A stretch of 64,000 bases of DNA. Source: a virus. Below the pieces are notes generated by a model. It was not told where the DNA came from. It worked only from the letters and a program-made list of their open reading frames with translations, and ran no database searches. Shown here in pieces: positions 53,001-60,643 of this stretch. Location of the stretch: the IMG/VR virus record IMGVR_UViG_3300019487_000019, positions 99,924-163,923 of that record. One strand, written 5' to 3'. The first letter of the stretch is position 1. Every line of letters starts with the position of its first letter. The translations under genes were made by a program, and so were the position numbers.

Positions 53001-55128
53001 TTGGAATCAGGCAGAACAAAATACAGTATGGCTTGAGACAAATTCACTTGGTTATGTGCCGTATTACGACGATATTCTGTTCCCAAACATCAATGACAGG
53101 CTTGTTTCTTGGGGCCGTTTGGCAGACTGGAGTGAGGTACGCGTCTACCAATGGGTTGAGACCGATTTGACCCCTGAAGAATATACAGTAGCGGCCGCCG
53201 ATCAGGTTGGTGATGACACAATTGCATCCAATACCAAGACAACGGGCACTCCGAAACTAATGTCTTTCCGTCGTGAGCGTACGCCGCTGAGTGCCACACC
53301 GACGGTTGGTACACAGGATCTTGTTGTTGCAAATACATTTGATGTTGGTAATCAGGTTTTGTTGACGACCAGTGGTTCACTTGTCATTTCTCAAGCAGGT
53401 GTTTTTGTAAATACAGAATTGTTTGGTGCACTTCAATCATCGATGACGGCAATTATTTCTTTGACTAACGTTGCTGGGACGCTTGATGAGCCAAGTACAG
53501 CAACTGCGACAATTTATGACACACCGACTGTTCAGCCAAATACAGCGACGGGCTTGGTTGCCGGCACGTATGGTTTCAAGGTGAACTTAAACGGCGCAGG
53601 TGCAATTGAATACGCCGTCATCATCCCAGGTCCAACAACGACTATTGAAGAGTTGGCAACCCTGATGAATACAGCTTTGCTGGGTGTGGGTACAGTCGAA
53701 GCACAGAACAATGCCATCATCATTACATCTTTGCCACTTGAATTGCCAACAACACTAACAACAGTTTTGGCAACGGGAACAAAATATTTCGTCGTGTTTG
53801 GCACAACAACTAGCGCTCTTCGCTTGAGTGATACCGCAACTGGAACATCGTTCACATACACAACGGCAGGTATTGGTAATCTACAAGTCGTGCCAGTATT
53901 TGTTGCTGAAGACTGGGTACGGAAGCCGGTTGTATCACAGAAAATCCTTCCAACCATTGAGGGCTATCCCCTATCAAACCCAACCTTTACGCTTGATGGG
54001 GCACTGTTTGCGGAGAATGATGTTGTGAATGTATATGTTAATGGTACATTGGCAGACGAAGGCCTAATTATTGATAGTTCGTTGCAGATCGTAACAGAAC
54101 TTGGTTTAACGGTCGCTGATATCGTTGTCGTCGCTCGTCCAGTTCCAGTATTAACACCAGAGCAACTCGCCTTCGACCCAGACACCGAAGACGATGGAAC
54201 AATTAACGTCCAATATAAGGAATCGACCGAGTTTACAGTACGTGCTATCACAATTGATGGCACAGATCGAACATTGTACTATTTTTGGGTTGAGAATCGA
54301 TTGAATCGTGAAATCGGTGTGCAGAACAACTTGGCACCAATCCTTGTTGGCCAACAACTGACAAGCATTCCAACGCCTTACTTGGTAGTTCAGCGCCCAC
54401 AAGACGATCCGTACCTTGCAGAGCGCTTTGGTTATGGTATTATCTACGATAGCTCTTACAGCGTGCCGTGGATCTATGATCAGTTTCCGGCCGTTCCCGT
54501 CTTTTATCGTCAGGCTATTTTGCGTCGAGCTGCTGACTATATCACAACCGATGATCGTTATGAAGTTCGATTTACACGTGATTTTACGCTTCGAGACACA
54601 TTGGAGGACCGCGTCAATCTGAAAGATACACACCAGGAATGGTTATTGATTCGTCGGTCACAGGGATCGAATATTGACCGAACGCTGTGGGATCGTTTGA
54701 CAGAGGCCCTGATTGGATACAAACTAACTGATCCAAGCATCCTCGTCCCATCACTCGAGCGTACTTTGTACGACGAAGTCGCGGGAACGGACACACAATA
54801 CGGCTTGGATGAGAAGCAAGCAATGACGTCAGGAACACTGTCACTCGACACGGTTCTCACCTATTTGGAAGACCCGAATAACGATTTCTATCCAATTGAC
54901 ATCAATTCATTCTTTGCAACGTATTCCTTTGATACACCGGCAAATATTGCGACGGCAATGGATGCGATATATAACACATTTAACTCATTGCACGTCAACA
55001 ATATCTGGTTTAACTGCCTAGAAGATGGCTTCTCGGTGAAATCTAAATATAAAGAGTTCTTCAAGACGTCATGGGTAGCACTGCATGGTATTCGTGTGCT
55101 TGAAATTGCAGGTATTTTTGATGACTAG
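44074..55128 (+). CDS. Giant (3684 aa) baseplate wedge-like structural protein
   Basis: Follows gp6, with TAAATA at 44047-44052 and GAGGA RBS. Multi-module structure with beta-rich and Trp-rich repeats. Confidence 0.75.
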   Translation: MSNSDADDKPRTNIFEMLPNVLRSDTNEAVFENVFNKFLTKDDTSHIAGYIGQSNPTSLTKRQLPEPTPQLQAFQLQPTLYTKVGSSEYVLPFKSFQKQSELMGIDFTRMQEWGNALQFNWVPPVNFDMLVNYADYFWFSGDLLDRPQYLTIESRCNKQQGILAAYNKLVAAFGDLFPIIEINVAENSVTISGQYTTLFIEGFRVWIKGTSDINIRNQFFTVLTSTYNLSTQTTLVVGVNAPAQEWTITGNFLSVLTPGAVFNITGNTGGADGTYTVAAATFDGMNTIIMVNETIPLSATPTGTCTIPLNVCAGETLPPQTTIFFDPDVSPIAIRSPTAPPASVVGRYWVDTDDNSVYCWSGLAWIPCSPIASGTLSLQELHSILRRDTNCVCYGDYGWDLALWDDSPPGWEAFLTPLSQPTQAAWITMNGTPVPLDLWLDTTNDILFQLAPAVYTITDVVPGSSLWVVGGDQTAAFTAGTNFAVVGNTGIGTAGFTVVSSVYVPVDLETQITVSEVIPGTATNDGSAYVWIPIIIDWTVFVGDMLVGDVLWDLATSCFNALQEPNQWTQQNKWVHKSHLTSFAGVRRAQIPIIEYDSRAELNSWTKINHVWKYRPVSSGSFETVSAPPQRFELEPIRGWLAVEDPPASSTWYLYLFDENMTQARDYDYTQEFVPDFRFLVRDNAFLNQLLTVDYSVHREALPTDPSAVQGYMITVVKLQDTGPAIDAFFALNPSGGTATNKRLEPQATSRGDTWRGYHVHWVLSQADETTQAAASQTENPVLARAVNEGDPWAFATQTSVGPTIVGDYFQEITPTTAVSTIQLDASFRFAPITEFVVVGVIPGPGGIWTISGNYASLFSINQSFVIPNNTGGGDGIYTVASVANAGPNTAITVNETIPPLADASGTIETGRLLFALAGQDQLRVFVDNIQQYGTYTEQTATGSPDYTAIGTTTTTLASFTYVTGIVFDAPLAQYAVVRIEVGSASLRDMGLQYVPVRTIENEATFLVAALAGTQPVYLGMNVYGETNQTKRVLNQYPLFNVYDTCTSEVIKASPLFAFKEDPTQPINGAVQRRIIVEDGGREYTFEQFLLEQDDGVIYSYRLFDGRVQLNDYWFNTANNTLKKWNGRTWQEVVVLQDTNDRLTVHRPFVGTTPPTYLVSVVGSVWYDTSAKVVRESNGVAWADVAWPEYDNPFSSTTPVGLFIEGTDPTLTTIWRSVPQYTHNTSGPPSTWTGGVYIPEWVDGDRNVLPVGDPNGDWEIPDQWRLNAEHHNKAVVKYSEIVTHFRSVLAAQPNVFGFLGGGANVRTQAEYDYSLGGIMKEHNDSYDTLLSAVNEIALTPLTVIEFAEDQYANLLLTIKELYQKNLLSYLAITSTASIIDQASFITTSVIGVYEGNDFYGQVYVDTSAFDGVNGIRHWISTIPMFGFGFKTIPYVNIDADLGIYELVHHDGHRSHIEFTVGEEDSYARLLVNLPDPRVFNDTLGKLSSSAPPATMTAFLTAFGVERGGVYWYRTSGPRALYRFNIIGATPTAPSLIGLPDGVYYWDTALTQLFITSGGLWVAVGLPGVISPAWQQVDMRELLTDVLLEVENRLYAVTPVYDELVFDFDSLTPTVSEQAYFDEYTEEQFMAFVNERHIRAPFENVGYTPTNAFTWNYINSTITTPPTGAISPDRAASWQELYTRWYGTPYPHLEPWKLQGYTDKPSWWDAEYLDLSGTRRWIYNHSTTTGMWENIRVGLVPLPYDLPDGTPSTAVPGEVRTYNYFSVNIADTTIAGNFNPDDLLPPYYSTVSIVVRSLFTSLAAEIVAPGANYVYGDGGPVEWLWTVSGEHVYDPLVIAFRMQPVRFLHYTFGPQFTRVNNLQVETALCQIYSHEDVLFHGDLYTGDQSYLVRGLNQWYVNYNRYVGYDTNKEFRVLWAQWDPLLAYQFSGIIDTSTFEITNKYYDVVAQDYNIVLANIGVIKDMWMDAFEVTVLNIPPAIVQYNNESSWRLELDNLASIPRTISYYDVKRYPFVVDVQTNTATIFQYNILTALPIAKLFEVEGDHVTQFTDGTQFDIINSSSNDGTYTVSGSAVYDPSTNRTRITVEETIPSTNTDGIIDFPNSILPWATGQLVFVTSSRILPAPLVQNQPVYLVVVNGRQFRVSDTPVGASILSPILAVATGPMGAFSIAGNQTAYFPSSTAFGVVGSTGNDGNYTVSTTLFDGTNTVIMVAQSVPNATVDGSIQNASFKWTTTGSGDLNVGEVDSSFTVFGSASLSNELWYHFALDNTKVRTFTPPYTIAGIQRMIDIIDGYQAYEKDLGVLYNLGLAGEVDPETGRAVSWQLEIERFIDWAFRLRRSRLSLSDRFGFVVNSLPNDELIFTGQIPQWTLGTQLLVSTTGTLPDPLQANVPYFYVPTATPGIFQLSTSRLISPTTIVDLVGNGSGTLLIAPYKRATSFPSMELNPARNNIWIDTPQGVLANVIQGPYADIRVQQTIFDQYSRPLTPDKLLVYRQDKQNRVSIRAAIPNDVVPPAISLADPYNYIHMGGAHFFLEGYEHIVLFNDYTVGNQIIYDQFFGLQTQRFGVDYYEKNDYTLRPTLGGYYLLSNKFYRNIEGQTTDMRKYYDTYDLNENTEVARRSRSLLGYRAGQSSFLDLLNTNSKTQFVFYRGMIQAKGSINSVKAYVNSRRFVDAKIDEFWAWKLADFGDSRPKIYPEIKLLATDGLLDDVRLEFLTDSEATDTEAVEADEANGFQVVTFSDEDRWVDAPEQRDLLENSILFLDSEVSTLTKVYASSVMPLTAQTTVDYWYNKTTEQLLVWNGTSWAIAVNPSITITEVSGDFYIKVPTFCDTVRVTRRVLTSSGDLRYYTPEFLTVENIPRSPINPDDDLLMQPSLLTEPLGNDEVERTNSEIIRMSGTGLEGILYIFTINPAKSKNSPAKIIDYQSEVVLSDVPFWHPARGHHSPIAIHNVDLQHATDPALYTNTLNPNDLSEQPWNQAEQNTVWLETNSLGYVPYYDDILFPNINDRLVSWGRLADWSEVRVYQWVETDLTPEEYTVAAADQVGDDTIASNTKTTGTPKLMSFRRERTPLSATPTVGTQDLVVANTFDVGNQVLLTTSGSLVISQAGVFVNTELFGALQSSMTAIISLTNVAGTLDEPSTATATIYDTPTVQPNTATGLVAGTYGFKVNLNGAGAIEYAVIIPGPTTTIEELATLMNTALLGVGTVEAQNNAIIITSLPLELPTTLTTVLATGTKYFVVFGTTTSALRLSDTATGTSFTYTTAGIGNLQVVPVFVAEDWVRKPVVSQKILPTIEGYPLSNPTFTLDGALFAENDVVNVYVNGTLADEGLIIDSSLQIVTELGLTVADIVVVARPVPVLTPEQLAFDPDTEDDGTINVQYKESTEFTVRAITIDGTDRTLYYFWVENRLNREIGVQNNLAPILVGQQLTSIPTPYLVVQRPQDDPYLAERFGYGIIYDSSYSVPWIYDQFPAVPVFYRQAILRRAADYITTDDRYEVRFTRDFTLRDTLEDRVNLKDTHQEWLLIRRSQGSNIDRTLWDRLTEALIGYKLTDPSILVPSLERTLYDEVAGTDTQYGLDEKQAMTSGTLSLDTVLTYLEDPNNDFYPIDINSFFATYSFDTPANIATAMDAIYNTFNSLHVNNIWFNCLEDGFSVKSKYKEFFKTSWVALHGIRVLEIAGIFDD

Positions 55129-55132
55129 AGCC

Positions 55133-55159
55133 ATAAATACACACGCAATATAAATACAC
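55133..55159 (+). promoter_or_regulatory. Tandem duplicated late promoter motifs
   Basis: ATAAATACAC at 55133-55142 and 55150-55159. The second copy is part of an exact TATAAATA. Confidence 0.7.
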
Positions 55160-55173
55160 AAACAGGGGAACCT

Positions 55174-56094
55174 ATGGGTAAAAAATTAACAACAGAGCAA
55201 TTTATCGCTCGAGTTAAACAAAAGCACGGCAACCGCTATAACTATTCTTCAACGGTGTATACAGGAGCTGATGACAAGGTAACTATTGAATGTCCTACTC
55301 ACGGTAAATTTTTTCAAAGAGCAATAGATCACACAAGCGGTCGTGGGTGTGCCTTATGTAATGAAAGGCAACCCTTGACAAAGGAGCTGTTTGCTCACCG
55401 TGCGAATGAGAGGCACAATAATAAGTATTTGTATGATCGGGTTGTTTATAAAAATGTAACAACAAAGGTTAGGATTATTTGTCCAGAGCATGGTGTTTTC
55501 AAACAAACACCAACCGATCACCTACATGGTGGGTATGGTTGTCCTGTCTGCGGCGGAACCAGGAAACGAACGACAAAAGAGTTTATCAAACAGGCCAAGC
55601 AAGTTCATGGCACTTATTATGATTATTCATGCACAGCTCTTTGTGGTATGAACAGTAAAGTTAGGATTATTTGTAAAGAGCACGGAGACTTTTTTCAGCG
55701 AGCGGCTGACCATATCAACGGTGTTGGCTGTTCGGTGTGTGGAATTCGTAAACAAGGTGGTTATACGGAGGAGTATTTTCGAAATCATCCCCAAGAATGT
55801 GAATTATCAGCACAATTATACCTTATTCAGGTAAAAGATCAATTTTGTAAACTGGGAATTACAAAGAAAAAATATGTCAAACAACGGTTTCCGGGTTTGA
55901 ATTTTCAAGTTGTTACTTCTACACAAATGACGTTGTATGAAGCCTATCAACATGAACAAACGTTGCTTCAAAAGTATAAGAAGCAGCGTTACAAGACAAA
56001 AACTTTGACCGAAATAGGATATACTGGTTGGACAGAGTGCTTTCCATTGTCGCTCCTTTCTACACTGAAAACAGAAATTGAAAAGGCCAACTGA
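55174..56094 (+). CDS. Homing-endonuclease-like protein with three DUF723-type Zn repeats
   Basis: Three F......HG..Y.Y....Y......V.I.C..HG.F.Q....H..G.GC..C repeats plus a C-terminal LY.I......KLGIT......RF...G.TECF domain. Confidence 0.8.
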   Translation: MGKKLTTEQFIARVKQKHGNRYNYSSTVYTGADDKVTIECPTHGKFFQRAIDHTSGRGCALCNERQPLTKELFAHRANERHNNKYLYDRVVYKNVTTKVRIICPEHGVFKQTPTDHLHGGYGCPVCGGTRKRTTKEFIKQAKQVHGTYYDYSCTALCGMNSKVRIICKEHGDFFQRAADHINGVGCSVCGIRKQGGYTEEYFRNHPQECELSAQLYLIQVKDQFCKLGITKKKYVKQRFPGLNFQVVTSTQMTLYEAYQHEQTLLQKYKKQRYKTKTLTEIGYTGWTECFPLSLLSTLKTEIEKAN

Positions 56095-56095
56095 T

Positions 56096-57208
56096 ATGGC
56101 AACTCGTTTAACACAAGCTCTATTCCGCGTCGACCCGACCGAAGGCTTCGTTCAGTACGTGCAAACGATTAAGCCGTACCACACAAAGATTCTTGAAGCG
56201 CTGGTTGAGTTTGTGTGGACAGAGGCCGTCAACGTTTCCGTTTGTGAGGCGTGGAGGTGGGATATGGTCTTCTCCCGCCCAATGCCGGAAGTTGTTTATG
56301 ACTGCGGCTATGGCATCATTTGGGATGCTCCAACGGGATTTGCGCATACTGCCTTTACCATTAAGGGAGTCATTACAGGCGCAGGATCGTGGACAGTTGA
56401 CGGTGATCGAACAGCTGCGTTTCAGCCGAATACATTGTTTGTTGTTGGACGAAACGTTGGAGGGGGTAGTGGTTGGTATCGTGTGAGTGGCCTGGGGTCG
56501 ACATATAATGCTGGCCCAAACACAACAACAATTCCGATTGATACAACCGTTCCTGTTCCACCGAATTTCTGGTTGACATCAATTATTGCAACGGCAACAC
56601 CACATGGTATTGCATACGTATTCGATACAGACAAGGAATTGATTCTCGATAGTAATTCAGTCAATAATTCATTTCTTGTTCAAGGAAATCAGCTTGAAAA
56701 ATTCTTTGAGGGCGTCTTTATCAAAGTTGATAACTCGTATCTTAGTAAGAATAATGGTTCCTACATCGTTCATGCGTCGTTTGCAGAGGGACTAAACACA
56801 CGAGTATACGTCAAGCAAATGGTACCAGCGTCAAAGCCGCTCGCAAATCCATTTGATGGTCGTATGTATCTGCATATTGAAGGTTATGACGAACCAGCTT
56901 ACTGCCGCTTATTGCAAGCTCCAGATTTGCATGCAGATACATTTATTCACGAACACATTCGTTTTGAGATTGTTACTTCGCCCCGAGATGAAATTACTGG
57001 GATGCAGGTTCTTGAAAACGAACCTCGAGGATATGGTGTTTCACCGTATGGAGACAGTTATGGAACGGGCCAAAATGGTCATCCATACACAGCACCAACA
57101 ACAGGCATCACACTACTTCCAACAGGCTTTGATGGTCAGGCTTTTAATATGGGAGGTTTTGACGAAACTGTTCAAACTGTCCGCCACTTCTACGGCCTTA
57201 CGGTGTGA
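56096..57208 (+). CDS. Baseplate-associated structural protein
   Basis: Start ATG 56096 (MATRL). Has IKPYHTKI and two copies of the beta-rich module found in the giant protein. Confidence 0.65.
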   Translation: MATRLTQALFRVDPTEGFVQYVQTIKPYHTKILEALVEFVWTEAVNVSVCEAWRWDMVFSRPMPEVVYDCGYGIIWDAPTGFAHTAFTIKGVITGAGSWTVDGDRTAAFQPNTLFVVGRNVGGGSGWYRVSGLGSTYNAGPNTTTIPIDTTVPVPPNFWLTSIIATATPHGIAYVFDTDKELILDSNSVNNSFLVQGNQLEKFFEGVFIKVDNSYLSKNNGSYIVHASFAEGLNTRVYVKQMVPASKPLANPFDGRMYLHIEGYDEPAYCRLLQAPDLHADTFIHEHIRFEIVTSPRDEITGMQVLENEPRGYGVSPYGDSYGTGQNGHPYTAPTTGITLLPTGFDGQAFNMGGFDETVQTVRHFYGLTV

Positions 57209-57231
57209 TAAATACACTGGGAGAACCAAAT

Positions 57232-57456
57232 ATGGACCTATACAAAACAACAGATATCGTGCTCGCCGCCTTTTTGAAGATCCGTGGCTGTGAGATGACG
57301 GGGATTGAAAAACAGGGGCAAAAGGGTACATTCGTTTTTGCTAATGTTGACCCCGAGTTAGTTCATGAATATGACCTTGGTAAAGCTAGGGTAGAACCTG
57401 TCGCGCTCAACAATGCGATCAAACAGCTTACAACGAGCGTCAAGAGGATGGACTAA
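57232..57456 (+). CDS. Small hypothetical protein (DUF5659-like)
   Basis: Y.T.D..LAAFL...G..........F.F pattern. TAAATA at 57209-57214 and GGAG RBS. Confidence 0.6.
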   Translation: MDLYKTTDIVLAAFLKIRGCEMTGIEKQGQKGTFVFANVDPELVHEYDLGKARVEPVALNNAIKQLTTSVKRMD

Positions 57457-57488
57457 CCGATAAATATGCAAGCCAACAGGAGAATTTG

Positions 57489-58706
57489 ATGCGCGTGTTC
57501 CTACCAATTGAAGTCGATGGTCATTTGAAAGCCGTAGATGATCTCGGCAATGTTCTTGTCGACAAGCACAATGCTGTTCATCCACAAAACCTTGCTCGTG
57601 TCTTTGCTCGTTCGCTTGCAAACGAGCACAACTATTTTATCAATCGAGTGGCGTTTGGTAATGGTGGTACGATCGTTGATGCAGCGTTTACCGTCACGTA
57701 TAAAACACCTAATGATGGACAACCACCGGATATTTCAACGTGGGATAGTCGAATCTACAACGAAACGTATAGTGAAATTGTTGACGAAGGTCAAGTTATT
57801 CTAAACCCAGATCTCGGAACTGATCCGGGATCAGCGGATTTAAATACAGGAACACGTCCGGGTGGCGGTGCAGTTCCGTCAAGCGATCCACCGTCGATAC
57901 CACACGTTTCTGGACCCGGCGTTCGAAGTAACGAACTGGGCCTTACATCTGAAGTCATTATTACGTGCGTTCTGAACGAAGACGAACCACTAGCTCAATT
58001 CAGTTCAGACTCAAATCCACCAACGGAGAACACCGAAGAAGAATTTGTTTTTGATGAAATTGGTCTTTACACTTCGGGTGGCGCCGCCATTGCAACAAGT
58101 GGTTATCAATACATCAATGTTGGCAATCGTGTATCGACGGACGATAGCGGCCTGGTACCTGGTACAGCATACAGCTTCAATATTGCTGTGGATGGCGGCT
58201 TGCCGGTCGTAATTAGTTTTACGACACCAGCCTCGGGTGGATCTGGCACCGGCGGCGAGATTCTGTATGGGGATTTGTGTGAGGCTATTAACACGGGTGA
58301 TGTTTTGTGGCTCATGACGGGAGTTTCCCCACTACCAGGTGGAGCTGTAATGACAATTACCGACTACACGGGTGGCACGTTTCCATCGATTGCAGGTGTG
58401 CAGACGTTTGGTTTCATTCGATTTGAAAGTGCAACAACAGGCACAACGTCATCGATCAACTTGGCCGGTGCAAACACAACAGCATTCCTTCCATCGCTAA
58501 ATCCACCGATTGGCGGTACGTTGGAAACAGCTGTTTCTGGTTCAGCAGCAGGTGTTCAGAACAATCCAATTGCACCAACATTGGAGCGTGAACGTTTGTT
58601 GGCTCACTTGATCTTCTCACCTGTCTTGAAGGCAGCAAATCGAGTTATTACGATTACGTATACGCTGACCATCTCTGTCGCACGTACACCACCGATTACA
58701 TCTTAA
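57489..58706 (+). CDS. Baseplate/tail structural protein
   Basis: HNA.H, FGNGG, C.L...EP, FVFDEIGL, LL.H.IF.PV.K..NR...I.YTL motifs, with an inserted beta-rich module. TAAATA at 57461-57466. Confidence 0.7.
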   Translation: MRVFLPIEVDGHLKAVDDLGNVLVDKHNAVHPQNLARVFARSLANEHNYFINRVAFGNGGTIVDAAFTVTYKTPNDGQPPDISTWDSRIYNETYSEIVDEGQVILNPDLGTDPGSADLNTGTRPGGGAVPSSDPPSIPHVSGPGVRSNELGLTSEVIITCVLNEDEPLAQFSSDSNPPTENTEEEFVFDEIGLYTSGGAAIATSGYQYINVGNRVSTDDSGLVPGTAYSFNIAVDGGLPVVISFTTPASGGSGTGGEILYGDLCEAINTGDVLWLMTGVSPLPGGAVMTITDYTGGTFPSIAGVQTFGFIRFESATTGTTSSINLAGANTTAFLPSLNPPIGGTLETAVSGSAAGVQNNPIAPTLERERLLAHLIFSPVLKAANRVITITYTLTISVARTPPITS

Positions 58707-58778
58707 CTAAGGAAATTAAGCCATGACCAAGTCAGCGATGGGACCTGGGCCGCTGCCGGATCTCTGAGATTGCAGTTG

Positions 58779-59141
58779 CTAAGCAACTAGCCGGGGGTAA
58801 GTATAATCAACTTTACCAACCGTATGCGCATCGACGAGCTCCTTTAGAGGATGTGTTCTTAGGATAAGATTATCGGTTTCTTCTGCAATGTGTTGATGAG
58901 CAAAGTCGTAGGAAAGTCCAGATTCAACATGAAATCGAAAGCATCTTTCCTTCCAGTCTTCGAGACACTGTTGCGTTTCTTCAGCTGTAAGAAAGACTTC
59001 GTCAAGAAAAATTGCACATTCGGTCGACGGAATATATCGACGGATTCCGTTCGGGAAGTGTGTGTTGTATGTCAGAAAATAGACATTACCAGTGGCTATT
59101 AGTCGATCTATCGACCACCAAGCGAGTTCATTCAGTTTCAT
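58779..59141 (-). CDS. Hypothetical protein, N-terminus MKLNEL
   Basis: Probable start ATG 59141, overlapping the upstream ORF. Confidence 0.6.
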   Translation of the reverse strand: MKLNELAWWSIDRLIATGNVYFLTYNTHFPNGIRRYIPSTECAIFLDEVFLTAEETQQCLEDWKERCFRFHVESGLSYDFAHQHIAEETDNLILRTHPLKELVDAHTVGKVDYTYPRLVA

Positions 59142-59328
59142 TGAGTTTGGTCTCAACAGCAGAAACCCACTTGGCCTTTTCTGGGTCGTGGCAATCAGGC
59201 TGATTCATTTCGATATCAGCCTGATATGCGACTTTGAGGAGGTGTTGGAAGTCAACCCAGCGCTGTGGTGTCCAAACGTCTAGCGGTAGACTTCGCCCGA
59301 AGTCATAGACAACACTTACTGTACACAT
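59128..59328 (-). CDS. Small hypothetical protein
   Basis: 66 aa, TAATG coupling to the upstream gene. Confidence 0.6.
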   Translation of the reverse strand: MCTVSVVYDFGRSLPLDVWTPQRWVDFQHLLKVAYQADIEMNQPDCHDPEKAKWVSAVETKLNETE

Positions 59329-59762
59329 TACTTCTTAGGTGTTAGAGCAGCTAGTGCGGCTTGTTGTGCTTGTTGCGTTTCAGCATCCGCTGCAGCTTTT
59401 TTGCCTTCGTCAAATGTGATAGTACCTGTTGCTGGCATACCAACCTGACCTGACTTAGGATCGAGCAGCTTGCCGCTTGGTGTTAGCACTTTAACATACT
59501 GGTGAAAATACGCAAGAGCGTTCATACCATTGCCGAGTGTTTTCTGAGCCATCAGATCCCAAAGCTCAAAGTTGCGAGCGTTGCGATCCCGTAGCAGCTG
59601 TCCAAGACGTGTACGATCGATTGCGTCAAGGTGGTTTGTTGGAAACATCAGTTTGTTGCCCTGAGCGTCGGTTCGAAGAACGGCACACTCATGGAGAACG
59701 CCATCAGAGTTTAGCTCAATCCACTCCATGTGTGGATGTGTCGGTGATTTAACTACTTTCAT
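59328..59762 (-). CDS. Hypothetical protein
   Basis: 144 aa. AAAGGAG RBS and TAAATA (59795-59800) upstream. Confidence 0.75.
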   Translation of the reverse strand: MKVVKSPTHPHMEWIELNSDGVLHECAVLRTDAQGNKLMFPTNHLDAIDRTRLGQLLRDRNARNFELWDLMAQKTLGNGMNALAYFHQYVKVLTPSGKLLDPKSGQVGMPATGTITFDEGKKAAADAETQQAQQAALAALTPKK

Positions 59763-59837
59763 GGTAATCTCCTTTGTTAGTTTACCCTTACGGATATTTA
59801 CAGCAGAAATTACAGGTCATCCCAATCGAAAACAGGG

Positions 59838-60122
59838 TTAGTTTATAAAGACGTCGGGGGAACCGGCCGTGAAAGCACCATCATGACAGCTAGGAGGACA
59901 ACAGTGAACGCTGTGAAGGTCGCCTACGCGTGCAAGAGGGAGATTATTGGCAAAGACATTCGGGGAAGCCGTGACAACAACGGCGGGCGGAAAGCACCCA
60001 TGCCCGGTTGTTAAGTCGGTAAGACGAGCGTGTGGAATACTATTTGCAAAAACGTTTGGGCTTCCCGTGGCTTGTGTATCGCCGTCGCTATAAGGGTCGC
60101 CAATTCGGGTTGCTGCTGGCAC
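59838..60122 (-). CDS. PAAR-motif spike tip protein (gp5.4-like)
   Basis: Three PA(A)R-like repeats (AATRIGD, PHARLTD, PLARVGD) with GSPNVF.N and Cys/His ligands. Confidence 0.92.
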   Translation of the reverse strand: MPAATRIGDPYSDGDTQATGSPNVFANSIPHARLTDLTTGHGCFPPAVVVTASPNVFANNLPLARVGDLHSVHCCPPSCHDGAFTAGSPDVFIN

Positions 60123-60166
60123 GATAAATCTCCTGTTTTGAATAAGTATTTACAGGAGCGTTCGAT

Positions 60167-60643
60167 ATGTTCGAGAGCATTTTACACGGTATTATAGCGT
60201 TTTTCGCTGCCATCCCATTTTCCAAAGCGACCTGGCTCGTACTTGGTATTCTTGGCTTCTTTGTGTGGCTATTTCGCAAGGCTCAAAGAGACCCCGCAAG
60301 CCCAATCGATTGGGAAGATCTGATTGTCGACGACATAACAGGGAAGACATCTCCCTACAAAGTCGGCTATCTTTTAGGACTGATCGTCGGCACCTGGGTA
60401 GTAATCACTTACGCTGACAGTGGCAAGCTGGACTTTGATATTTTTGGTGTGTACCTTTCGTACCTGCTTGGTGGTGCTGGCTGGACTGCCTTTATGAAAA
60501 TGAAAGCAGCCAACGGCAACAACGGTAATGGAGGTGGTTATCGTCCTGGTGGTTACGGCGGCGGTTATCGACGACCACCACCAAAACTAGACGATGATGA
60601 CGAAGAATTAGATGACGCATTGCCGCCACACGAGAAAAAATAA
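60167..60643 (+). CDS. Membrane protein, holin-like
   Basis: 3-4 hydrophobic segments and a Gly-rich/charged C-terminal tail. CAGGAG RBS. Confidence 0.5.
   Translation: MFESILHGIIAFFAAIPFSKATWLVLGILGFFVWLFRKAQRDPASPIDWEDLIVDDITGKTSPYKVGYLLGLIVGTWVVITYADSGKLDFDIFGVYLSYLLGGAGWTAFMKMKAANGNNGNGGGYRPGGYGGGYRRPPPKLDDDDEELDDALPPHEKK

Noticed and set aside
55129-56095. Group I intron carrying the endonuclease-like ORF
   Set aside because: Only 45 nt and 1 nt of non-coding flank, too little for an intron core. The upstream gene has a clean stop and promoter motifs follow it.
58723-58767. 14-codon + strand ORF (MTKSAMGPGPLPDL) after an AAGGAA motif
   Set aside because: Too short to support without conservation or expression data.
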